Source of the DNA: a virus
IMG/VR virus record: IMGVR_UViG_3300048672_000512
Location: 114,049 to 178,048 of that record
Length of the DNA stretch: 64,000 bases
Strand: one strand, 5' to 3'
Position numbers and translations under genes: made by a program. Shown piece after piece: positions 56,801-64,000 of this stretch (the first letter of the stretch is position 1; each line of letters opens with the position of its first letter). The notes under the pieces were generated by a model, which was not told where the DNA came from, did not search any database, and saw nothing but the letters and a program-made list of their open reading frames with translations.

Positions 56801-57701
56801 TCAAAGCGAAGCTGGTAAGAAGCTGTACGGTTACGCCTACAACTTGAAAGAGTCTTGCACAGAAGTTATTGAATTTGACACACCGAGAATAACGAAGCAC
56901 GTAACTTCGTACGTTGAAGTAGAACTTTCAAACGGGGAAATTCTGCGTTGCACAGAGAATCATCCGTTCTTGTTGCGGTCAGGGGTCTATAAGGCAGCAG
57001 AGAAACTGGAACCTGGCGACTCGTTGATGACGCACGCAGAAGAGATACATGCAAAAGTAAGCGGTTTTAGCTCCGGAATAAAGCGCAGAGTAGCTATAGC
57101 ACCTGGAAAGAAGAATGGTGTTGGCACTATGGTGTATAAGAAAGCTGTTCTTCTTAACCGGAAAGAACGTCGCAAGCTAGCTACTGGAATGCACATACAT
57201 CATAAGGATAACGACAGCTTGAACGACGATCCAAGCAACCTTGAAGTATTGACGCAAGAAGACCATGTAAGAGAGCACTCAAATTCACCGGGTGCAGTTG
57301 TAGCTAGAGCTAACTTCGGTAAGTTGCATGCGGAAAGAATGAAGACAGACTTCTCTTATAAAGAAAAGTCTATTAAGAATACAACAGAAGTATTTCAGGA
57401 ATACTGGAGCGACGCATCCAACCGGAAACTGCAATCAAAAGCAGTAACCTACTACTTTAAGAATCTAGAAAATAGAAAGAAAACGGCAGAGGCTACTCGC
57501 ATAGGCATGCGCAAGTTGTGGCTCAGCATAGCTAGTCACGCTGTAGCAATCAAACTGGATCCTTTTACCGATGCCGGATTCGACGCGGCAAAGCAAAGAC
57601 TTGATTGCAAAACACCGATGAAGGCAAAGTCCTGGCAGAAGTTCTTTGATACAAAGAGCGCTGCTGTGAAGAGCGTAAAATCCTGGAAGGAAGTCAAATG
57701 A
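53808..57701 (+). CDS. gyrB: Type IIA topoisomerase B subunit, N-fragment (ATPase, transducer, intein 1, split intein N-half)
   Basis: VRKKPQMYIG, LREVMDNARDE, DDGRGMP, HAGGKF, HGVG, SQTKEKL, LYLVEGDSAAG. Confidence 0.93.
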   Translation: MATKKLKDYDASAIQHLDYVDSVRKKPQMYIGPTDGAGIFTILREVMDNARDESLAGFCSSVETYIDDDGSYWVLDDGRGMPVQPKKIKDPVSGSEHSMPAIQAITSLLHAGGKFSKEGSYNNTVGCFTGDTRIRLLDGRVLSMEELHAHWTKTGKNLPVLSYSTRKQRLEPSEISFSQLTKKTRDLVEVTLDNGNTLRCTPEHPFYVRRGGSIKRVQAQYLRFEDSLVTTYYYSDRHARANDTEHGPHDYYSVTDNGVGKPLHRLVGSFDTEKRVFDDLRGQSIDIHHKNKKVQDNRQDNLERLFMSDHHREHAEDRSALARDKILETQADLRAENSSRFTRQNTQEWHKIQSGQKKALKIAARAIETYGVFNAVTYSESRRGTDAKYSVAVSYFESEADFAKEANKFYKDLVQRVGRSYLAEDTLSGSNASQKTLQEVAKEKSDLARFDLWKKKLLSFKNPNTVTPQEWNARRSSDYKMGTSAYALLASVTTLAALKRHVLNGEALVCYEDMSEEAVTMRRAIAEYRVATEQKRYSFLNYSIRRLRSSLGERSYSTDLHRSLLRKSRNLPDEMMFKMFASKHLGLEFEDCTDDEIDTLIQSWNHTVLGVRKLKLQNAVPVYDITVDHTHTFFVEAGVGVHKPKNGKPDIDCFASGVLVSNSHGVGIKATNFLSEYFEVYTFNAGAWWFLDYEFGRLSTPLKKVKAPLKPGSNSTLKKGTLVHFKPDLSIFSEPVFPSILLTDWSRIASYFTPGFKITLSHHSGKVREFQADGPAQYVVDRLAKLQATPLIDVEPFNFESGLVSCVLQFTGHDGCDFAPFTNGLYNAEKGVHFNAFFQALIAALQPFVKRKQEFSATELREGIVGLLNVKLEAPKFSSQTKEKLVDDRAAEPVKELILEALTAFFKKNRALAEAVCERAAKLKELRNQFTASKAVLSTLRKIAKKGLPLKACTAYDCKPEDRELYLVEGDSAAGCFLGDTKVRLINGVSMSFEEMVRQSEAGKKLYGYAYNLKESCTEVIEFDTPRITKHVTSYVEVELSNGEILRCTENHPFLLRSGVYKAAEKLEPGDSLMTHAEEIHAKVSGFSSGIKRRVAIAPGKKNGVGTMVYKKAVLLNRKERRKLATGMHIHHKDNDSLNDDPSNLEVLTQEDHVREHSNSPGAVVARANFGKLHAERMKTDFSYKEKSIKNTTEVFQEYWSDASNRKLQSKAVTYYFKNLENRKKTAEATRIGMRKLWLSIASHAVAIKLDPFTDAGFDAAKQRLDCKTPMKAKSWQKFFDTKSAAVKSVKSWKEVK
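54186..55793 (+). mobile_element. Intein 1 (class 1, 536 aa, HNH) in the GyrB ATP lid
   Basis: NNTVG|CFTGDT...CTPEHPF...HHKNK..DN..NL...VYDITV...VLVSN|SHGVG. Confidence 0.92.
56733..57698 (+). mobile_element. Split intein, N-half (322 aa, carries HNH)
   Basis: EGDSAAG|CFLGDT...CTENHPF...AEKLEPGD...HHKDNDSLND.PSNL; ORF stops without blocks F/G. Confidence 0.88.
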
Positions 57702-57931
57702 AAAAGTCGTCGTGTGAAAAGCTCACACTGTCTAAGGAAGACAGGCTGCGCCTTAAGAATTCAAAGGCTACAGGGAAGAGAACTAGGCGTTCTTTGCATC
57801 AGGGTGTTGTTACTAATACTATTACAGTAAAGTCTGTGAGGAAGGTCACATGCGATCCTATTCCAGTTTATGACGCTACGGTTCCGAAGTACCACAACTA
57901 TGCATTAGACGCTGGCATCTTTGTTCACAAC
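57698..57931 (+). mobile_element. Split intein, C-half (78 aa, strongly basic)
   Basis: M...VYDATVPKYHNYALDAGIFVHN|TAK; AAGGAAG RBS and ATGA overlap. Confidence 0.88.
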
Positions 57932-59872
57932 ACGGCAAAAGGCGCTAGAGACAAGCGATATCAAGAACTGCTTCCATTGCGAGGCAAGTTCCTGAACGCA
58001 TACAAAGCACCGATAGAAAAGCTTCTTGCGTCAGAAGAGGTTCTGAACATCCTTGCAACAATGGGTTTCGATCCTAAGGCAGAAGATCCTTACAAGAGTC
58101 TGCGAGTGAATCGACTGATCGCATTGGCTGATGCCGATGTTGACGGACCCTTGGGCCGTCATACTCCTGTAAAGCTTTGCGATGGAACCACCAAGACAAT
58201 GGAGCAATTAGCTTCCATGTGGGAGGAGGCTCCAGACGCACCTATTTGGGTATGGGGTGTTAACAAAAAACGCGAGCTAGTACCAGCTAGGGCTTACATG
58301 CCATCAGTGACAACTACCAGTAGTAGTTATATGAAAATCACTTTTGATGATGGCTCTGTAATAAGGTGTACAAACGGGCATGCGTGGCCGGTTAATAATC
58401 TGGAACGTAGCCGCACTAAAAAGACACATAAAGGGTTCAATTACTGTCTTGCAAAGAATCTGGTAGTTGGTGACTCGATACCCGACGTAACTTTCACCTT
58501 TAAGAATCACGACAACTACGATGGGTACAAGTCTTATATAGCACCTGATGGTAGCTACCGTCTTCTGCATAGAACCGTAATGCAAAACGTGAAATCAAAA
58601 CAGTATGCAAAGTACGCTGCAGCAAACACTGGTGTACACGGTGGCGCGATACACGTCCACCATAAAGACGAAAACAAGCTCAACAATTCACCCGAGAATC
58701 TAGAGTTTTTATCTCGCTATGAGCACTCCAGGTTGCATATTTCTGCATACGCAAAGGAGTACAACGGATCTGAGCGGCATATACAAGACTTGAATCGGTT
58801 CTGGGAAAACAACCCACAGGCTCGCGTCAAGGCTGCAGACAGAATCACGGCGTATAACAAGTCAGAAGCGCATCGTAAAGTTGTTTCTAGTATGAATGCT
58901 GACCCTGAAGTTAAGAGGAAGCAGGCCTTGGGGTCGCTGGCGCGGTTTTTTTTGGGACTTAAGGATGCAGGTGTTTCATTCAGTAAGCATGCAGGGTATC
59001 GGTTTGTCACTGGTAACTCGTATCGCGGAGCTGAACCCTCAATGAGCAAGTTTGATATCTCCATAGCGGATGTGACTGCGTTTATCAAAGAGCGGGGACT
59101 GAAACTTTCTGACGGGTACAAAGTACTACCTGTTTCTCAGACCGCAGGTAAACCCTATGCTAAGACTAAGCCTTCGCAGGAGGCCGCTCTTAAGAAGTTC
59201 CTCATACACTGCAAAAGAACAAGTTTGAAGTATGGCGTCCTCAATGAGGAGAAATATGAAGAGTACAGGATCGGAAGGTTTAGTAGATACCCGCGCTGGA
59301 ACTTAGGAAAAGATATTTTCAAGCAGGAGTATGGTTCTTTTTCAACGAGTCTACTGAAGAAAAAATTCCAGGCTGTCAATCACACAGTTGTTGCTGTAGA
59401 GCAAGTCACAAGTAAGACACCCCGAGACTTCTACTGCATGGCGGTTCCAGATACAGGAAACTTTCTGATAGAGGACAAAGATGGAAATGGGATTGTTACA
59501 GGTAACTGCCATATTAACATCCTGATTCTTTCACTGCTTCAAAAGCTGCTTCCGGACTTGTTTGCGCAGAAGCGTGTTTACTATGTAAAAGCGCCGGAGT
59601 ACTATGCAACCACAAAGTCCGGAGCGGTGTACGGATATACTAAGGAAGAAGTTCAAGCGCAGCTTGTTGCGCTCAAGGCTACGTCTGCTCAGATAAGCCA
59701 CATCAAGGGGTGGGGTGAAATCAATGCCGACATGTTGAAAGAACTAGCATTCAATCCTGAAACGCGCCGACTGGTTCTGATTGACTCTGACATGAGTGGA
59801 ACTGAAGAAGAGGCACTGTCTTTTCTGATGTCCAAGGACGTTTCTGCACGCAAGCAACTTCTGGGGATATAA
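57698..59872 (+). CDS. gyrB: Type IIA topoisomerase B subunit, C-fragment (split intein C-half, TOPRIM, class 3 intein)
   Basis: TAKGARD, LPLRGKFLN, DADVDG..CHI, HIKGWGEIN, TRRL. Confidence 0.92.
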   Translation: MKKSSCEKLTLSKEDRLRLKNSKATGKRTRRSLHQGVVTNTITVKSVRKVTCDPIPVYDATVPKYHNYALDAGIFVHNTAKGARDKRYQELLPLRGKFLNAYKAPIEKLLASEEVLNILATMGFDPKAEDPYKSLRVNRLIALADADVDGPLGRHTPVKLCDGTTKTMEQLASMWEEAPDAPIWVWGVNKKRELVPARAYMPSVTTTSSSYMKITFDDGSVIRCTNGHAWPVNNLERSRTKKTHKGFNYCLAKNLVVGDSIPDVTFTFKNHDNYDGYKSYIAPDGSYRLLHRTVMQNVKSKQYAKYAAANTGVHGGAIHVHHKDENKLNNSPENLEFLSRYEHSRLHISAYAKEYNGSERHIQDLNRFWENNPQARVKAADRITAYNKSEAHRKVVSSMNADPEVKRKQALGSLARFFLGLKDAGVSFSKHAGYRFVTGNSYRGAEPSMSKFDISIADVTAFIKERGLKLSDGYKVLPVSQTAGKPYAKTKPSQEAALKKFLIHCKRTSLKYGVLNEEKYEEYRIGRFSRYPRWNLGKDIFKQEYGSFSTSLLKKKFQAVNHTVVAVEQVTSKTPRDFYCMAVPDTGNFLIEDKDGNGIVTGNCHINILILSLLQKLLPDLFAQKRVYYVKAPEYYATTKSGAVYGYTKEEVQAQLVALKATSAQISHIKGWGEINADMLKELAFNPETRRLVLIDSDMSGTEEEALSFLMSKDVSARKQLLGI
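58148..59506 (+). mobile_element. Class 3 intein (Pro1, WCT triplet, 453 aa, HNH) in the TOPRIM DxDxDG motif
   Basis: DADVDG|PLGRHTPV; block B CTNGHAW; block F FYCMAV; block G IVTGN|CHI. Confidence 0.9.
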
Positions 59873-60415
59873 GTGGAAAACCAAAATCTTTTCAGTATGG
59901 ATTGTCTGACAGCATTCTATCAAACAACTCTGCAGTTGATAGAAACGCAGAACGCACTACGCCAGTCTTCGGGCTTTAAGCAAGTGTCAGGGCTCTTCAA
60001 TGCAGACCTGATTCCAAACGAATTGCATTACGTGGAGTATGAATGTAGAAACAAGACTCTGCGCTCAAGGCGAGCTACGCCGGTTCAGACATACGGTGTC
60101 ATAAACGATGTTGTGACTCTGACAATAGAAGCACCTGACGCTGCACTGCGTCTGACGCTATCTGCAAATTCAGTGCTGAATGTTGTCACTCTTGGAAATG
60201 GCCCGACAGACTACGGAGTACCAAAGCAAAAGAGTATTAGAGCTGCAAAGCTTCGAGCCGGAGACATGCTGCCAACTGTCAATCCAAACATTAATGCAAA
60301 AATTGTGAAGGTGGAACACAAGAAAGAAGACACGCAAGTGTTTGCTTTTCCTCTTGATCTTAACAACGTGGTCAGCTACTACGGCGGTGTCATTATAAAC
60401 AGTGGATTCGACTAA
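59873..60415 (+). CDS. Stand-alone degenerate Hint (intein-like) domain protein
   Basis: DCLT..; LRLTLSANSVLNV (block B without His); IRAAKLRAGDML; KIVKVE...VFAF...GGVIINS. Confidence 0.6.
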   Translation: MENQNLFSMDCLTAFYQTTLQLIETQNALRQSSGFKQVSGLFNADLIPNELHYVEYECRNKTLRSRRATPVQTYGVINDVVTLTIEAPDAALRLTLSANSVLNVVTLGNGPTDYGVPKQKSIRAAKLRAGDMLPTVNPNINAKIVKVEHKKEDTQVFAFPLDLNNVVSYYGGVIINSGFD

Positions 60416-63226
60416 ATGGCGACACGAAGAAAGCAAGCTGTAAACGCTGCTGACGTAGCACCTATTGCCACGCAGCAGTTGATACCTAGCGTAAAGACCT
60501 GGTTAACTCAGTACGGACAAGAAGTTAACGAAGAGCGCTCCATTCCAGACTTTAGAGACGGTCTGAAGCCTGTGCATCGTCGTTCTCTGTGGGCAATGCA
60601 GCAAGTTGTCACTTCTCAGAATAGGCTTATCAAGTCTGCTCGCGTAGTTGGCAATACTATTGGTCAGCTGCATCCGCACGGAGACACTGCGTGTCTCCGA
60701 GGAAACACACTGGTACCATTGCTTAGCGGAACCAATGTAACTATAAAGGAACTAGCTGACAAGAAGTCCGGACCTAAGTGGGTTCTTTCTTACGATGAAG
60801 AAACAAAGTCACTGGTACCGGCACTAGCGCATTCTTGGCGCAAGGCAAAGGTTACTAGGAAGATGTTGCGTATTCACCTGACGTCAGGTGAAGTTATTGA
60901 AGTTACACCTGAACATAAGCTGATAAGTAGCGACCGAGGTTGGCAAGAAGCAAAAGACCTATCAATTGGAGACACCCTAATTGGTGGGGCGCTGATAGAC
61001 ACGGACGGCTACAAAGAAGTGACTCTCAATACCAAGTTCCGTAAAAAGGTGCACATGCTAGTTGGTGACGCCAAGTACGGAGGCAGAGAGGATGACGAGG
61101 TATATCATCATATCGATGAAAATACGCAAAACAATCGCCCTTCTAATCTGCAACTACTTTCAAGAGCAGAGCACGCAATAGCGCATGAAGATAACTACTT
61201 AGACGGGTTGAGCCTAGGTAGAAAACGCATGTTTGCTGAAGACTCATCACTGCGTACTGCAATCCGAAAAAAGAATAGCACTCTCACTAAGGAGGTTAGT
61301 GCGCACCATGGCATACTGATAGCTCTTAAGGCTATTCGCACCCTGCAAGCTAGTAACATTGAGGTAACAGAGGATAATTACGAAAAGCTGCGCCCATGCG
61401 TCTATAATCTTACAAGGCTAGAGACGCTGTATAAAAAAGGTCATAGCTTCGACGAACTATGCTCTCTTGCAAAGGACTTCAAGCTTGACACTAATAAGGC
61501 TAAAGGTTTCACCTCAAAAATAAAAAAAGCACGGAAAGGCACTAGAGTACAAGTGCCTTCTAAGAGCAAGGATCCAAATGGTTTACTGTACGCTAGGCTT
61601 GGTAGCGTGCTGGGAAAACTTCTTGCTATTCACGGAAGTCTGAACTCTGTTGACTGGGATACTTATACAGCGTATGTTAGACGTGAGCCTAGCATGAGCG
61701 CAAACTTTAATAGAGTAGCTTACTCAAAACCGGAAAGGCTTAAGTCGCTTTTTAGTATCAATACAGTTGCAGAGTTAGCTGCTAAGATACCGACATGGTG
61801 TCTAAATGCCGTGGCTAGATTGGAGTATGTTACTCTAGAAGCTAAAGAGACATTCTACGACTTTACCGTTGACAACTATGAAAACATGATTGTGTTTTCA
61901 TCAAACGGTCAAAAGTCTGGAAACTTCTTAGTGGTTCACAACTGCTATAACGCCATAGTTACACTCACTACCTCGTTTGCACCCGTTATTCAAGGTGAAG
62001 GTAACTGGGGTACGCAGATAGACAGCGCAGCCGCCTACCGATATACAAACTGCAACCTCACTGAGCTTGGAAAGCTAAACTTTCACCATTACTTTCTTCC
62101 GTGCGCAGATCTGATTCCTAACTTTGACGGTTCTTCAAAGGAACCGTTAGTGCTTCCTGCTCTGCTACCGCAGTTGCTTTTCAACGGAAGCTCAGGTATC
62201 GGTGTTGGTGTGACAACGTCTATTCCAAGCTTTGAGCCAGCATCCGTTTTGAAAATAATGATTCGACTGCTCAACGGCGAGTCATTATCAACAGAGGACT
62301 ACGCAAAGGGTCTGAAGTTTCAAGAAGTGTATGGTGGTCAACCTATCAAGTCGAAAGAGAATGCAGAAGCGATTCGTGCTTTCTTTGAGGGTCACAAAGG
62401 CTACGTTGACTGGAACAGCGAAATAGAGATAGACAGGGACAGCAAGACAGTGACCATCCTTGCATTCGCGCCAGGTATCTCGCCGCTGAACTTTCTTGAA
62501 AACAAAGTAAAGCCCAGAGACGAAGTGCAGAATGTGTCAGCAGGCGACGTTGGAATGTCATTTGTTATTCGCTGCAAGAAAACGCTGAACTACAATGACT
62601 TTGACAAGTTCGTTCTCTTTCTCAAGAAAGGACTGACCTGCAGAAATCACTACGAAGTGTACGTGACGGAACGTCTTCTAGACGAAGGGTCCGGCGACAA
62701 CTATCACGTCAACTTCTTTGCTATCTCTATACCGAACTTGATAGTTCGTTGGTTGAAGTGGCGATGCAAGCTGGAAGCGCGCTCGCTAGACTTCCGAATC
62801 GAGAAAACGCAAAGTCAGATCGCGTTCACTGAACTGATGATCCTAGCTTGCGACAACCTGCAGATCATCATGGATGCTTTGCGACGCGAAGACACTGCAG
62901 ACTACATTGCAAAGAAGTTGAAGATCAGCATTGAACAGGCAAACGTGATCCTTGATCGAAAGGTTCGCAACCTGTCAAAGCTTGACAACAGCAAGTTGAG
63001 GCTCAGAGTCAAAGAGTTGAAGTCTCTGTTAGCTAGCCTGAAGACGAAGCGCAAGAAGCCCTCGATTGAAGTCAAAGCTTTCCTAGAGTCAACGATTGAC
63101 CGGTTCAAACTTGCCGAAAAGTGGATCGGTACTAGACAGTACAGGCTGCAAGCCGGAACTGCTAACGTCGTGTACACGGACCCCTTACTAGATAGTCAAC
63201 CGTCAGACTTAGAGGCAGCACCCTGA
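60416..63226 (+). CDS. gyrA: Type IIA topoisomerase A subunit (519 aa mature, no beta-pinwheel CTD) with intein
   Basis: IPDFRDGLKPVHRR, KSARVVG, HPHGD, GEGNWG, AAAYRYT (catalytic Tyr), PNFDG, LLFNGSSGIGVG. Confidence 0.93.
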   Translation: MATRRKQAVNAADVAPIATQQLIPSVKTWLTQYGQEVNEERSIPDFRDGLKPVHRRSLWAMQQVVTSQNRLIKSARVVGNTIGQLHPHGDTACLRGNTLVPLLSGTNVTIKELADKKSGPKWVLSYDEETKSLVPALAHSWRKAKVTRKMLRIHLTSGEVIEVTPEHKLISSDRGWQEAKDLSIGDTLIGGALIDTDGYKEVTLNTKFRKKVHMLVGDAKYGGREDDEVYHHIDENTQNNRPSNLQLLSRAEHAIAHEDNYLDGLSLGRKRMFAEDSSLRTAIRKKNSTLTKEVSAHHGILIALKAIRTLQASNIEVTEDNYEKLRPCVYNLTRLETLYKKGHSFDELCSLAKDFKLDTNKAKGFTSKIKKARKGTRVQVPSKSKDPNGLLYARLGSVLGKLLAIHGSLNSVDWDTYTAYVRREPSMSANFNRVAYSKPERLKSLFSINTVAELAAKIPTWCLNAVARLEYVTLEAKETFYDFTVDNYENMIVFSSNGQKSGNFLVVHNCYNAIVTLTTSFAPVIQGEGNWGTQIDSAAAYRYTNCNLTELGKLNFHHYFLPCADLIPNFDGSSKEPLVLPALLPQLLFNGSSGIGVGVTTSIPSFEPASVLKIMIRLLNGESLSTEDYAKGLKFQEVYGGQPIKSKENAEAIRAFFEGHKGYVDWNSEIEIDRDSKTVTILAFAPGISPLNFLENKVKPRDEVQNVSAGDVGMSFVIRCKKTLNYNDFDKFVLFLKKGLTCRNHYEVYVTERLLDEGSGDNYHVNFFAISIPNLIVRWLKWRCKLEARSLDFRIEKTQSQIAFTELMILACDNLQIIMDALRREDTADYIAKKLKISIEQANVILDRKVRNLSKLDNSKLRLRVKELKSLLASLKTKRKKPSIEVKAFLESTIDRFKLAEKWIGTRQYRLQAGTANVVYTDPLLDSQPSDLEAAP
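60692..61942 (+). mobile_element. Intein 4 (class 1, 417 aa, HNH) in GyrA helix alpha4
   Basis: HPHGDTA|CLRGNT...VTPEHKL...HHIDEN..NNRPSNL...FYDFTV...VVHN|CYN. Confidence 0.92.
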
Positions 63227-63228
63227 CG

Positions 63229-63295
63229 GTTGCAAACTGTTACAACTTTCTTTCGCTAACCCTATTGCATTCCGCCGAAAACGGTGTACAATGGG
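63229..63295 (+). promoter_or_regulatory. Promoter with a variant GTTGCAAACTGTTACA box
   Basis: Tandem box, then ATTGCA-N17-TACAAT. Confidence 0.65.
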
Positions 63296-63382
63296 AACCA
63301 TGGGCAGGCTAGAAAGCGGACCAAGACAGCCTGACCACTAAACACCCCGGTCCTAAACCCTGACACTCTGGAGATTCACACC

Positions 63383-63886
63383 ATGGCTACCTCTAAGCAA
63401 GTTACCCGCACCGCCCTGAAGCTTGCCGACGCCGCTGCAAACATCGCTACCCTCGCCGCGTCGCTGGTGTCGATGCTGAACGAAGGTGCTGCCGAAGCCC
63501 CTGCAGCTGCCCCGAAGGCTACCCGTACCCCGAAGGCTGCCCCGGCCGCTCCGGTCAAGACTGCAAAGCGCGCTACCGTCAAGCCGGACGCCGACGAGCC
63601 CGAAGTTCGTACGCTTTCCAAGAAGGCCTACCTCGAACTCAAGGCACGCCGTGGTCGCAAGTCTGCAGTGGACAAGGCTGCAATGGAAGCCTACGAAGCA
63701 GCGCACGGCATCGGCGAAGCCCCTGCAGCTGCCCCGGTCAAGGCTACCCGTGCCACGAAGGTGAACGCAGCTGCAGCCGCACCGAAGGCAGGCAAGAAGG
63801 CAGCAGCTCCGGCCCCGGCTGCAAAGAAGGCCGGCAAGAAGGTGGACACGAAGGGCTTCAGCTTCGACGATGGTGATGACCGCTGA
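63383..63886 (+). CDS. Histone H1-like A/K/P-rich DNA-binding protein
   Basis: PAAAPKA/PAAKK repeats; GGAG RBS; high-expression codons. Confidence 0.7.
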   Translation: MATSKQVTRTALKLADAAANIATLAASLVSMLNEGAAEAPAAAPKATRTPKAAPAAPVKTAKRATVKPDADEPEVRTLSKKAYLELKARRGRKSAVDKAAMEAYEAAHGIGEAPAAAPVKATRATKVNAAAAAPKAGKKAAAPAPAAKKAGKKVDTKGFSFDDGDDR

Positions 63887-63935
63887 TCCCAAATGACATG
63901 TAGAAAAGTGCACGGCTTGTCCGTGCAAAACCAAA

Positions 63936-63978
63936 GAAACCCGAATTAGGAAACTAACTCGGGTTTCTGCGTTTCTGG
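63936..63978 (+). terminator. Terminator
   Basis: GAAACCCGA...TCGGGTTTCTGCGTTTCTG. Confidence 0.7.
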
Positions 63979-64000
63979 GGGGGGGGTCTTTTTCCCGGGA

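Noticed and set aside
57640-57720. Sequencing error or programmed -1 frameshift instead of a split intein
   Set aside because: The -1 frame is open from 57650, so it is not excluded. But there is no X-XXY-YYZ slippery heptamer, there is an RBS with ATGA coupling, and about 40 extra residues sit at the break. Judged less likely.
63977-63986. Poly-G run near the window end
   Set aside because: Short and intergenic with no context; possibly a homopolymer artefact.
1-64000. tRNA, rRNA or CRISPR loci
   Set aside because: No cloverleaf with T-loop and acceptor stem, rRNA-like tract or repeat-spacer array was recognised by eye; a tRNAscan run would be decisive.

Overview
The window looks like part of a large (jumbo-type) myovirus genome; the host cannot be determined from sequence. 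Left arm (1-28.7 kb, - strand) is the morphogenesis module: Zn-finger/acidic scaffold-like protein, decoration protein, major capsid, two tandem ADP-ribosyltransferase-like paralogues, neck, sheath, a tail-tube gene interrupted by an ORF-less group I intron (18471-18767), a second tube-like gene, a probable frameshifted tail chaperone, tape measure, spike, gp25, lytic transglycosylase and baseplate. It ends in a type IB topoisomerase and a partial clamp-like gene. Right arm (28.8-53.8 kb, + strand) is a dense array of small early-type genes driven by a repeated sigma70-like promoter with tandem GTTACA boxes; it includes HslV-like, OmpA-like, 2OG-Fe(II)-like and Rep_trans-like genes. The most striking locus is the type IIA topoisomerase operon (53808-63226), about 57% of which is intein DNA. 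GyrB carries a canonical intein, an apparently naturally split intein (two ORFs overlapping by ATGA, needing protein trans-splicing) and a Pro1 class 3 (WCT) intein. GyrA carries a fourth intein in the quinolone-pocket helix. Between gyrB and gyrA sits a free-standing, catalytically degenerate Hint-fold gene. All calls are motif- and synteny-based by eye; no searches were run.
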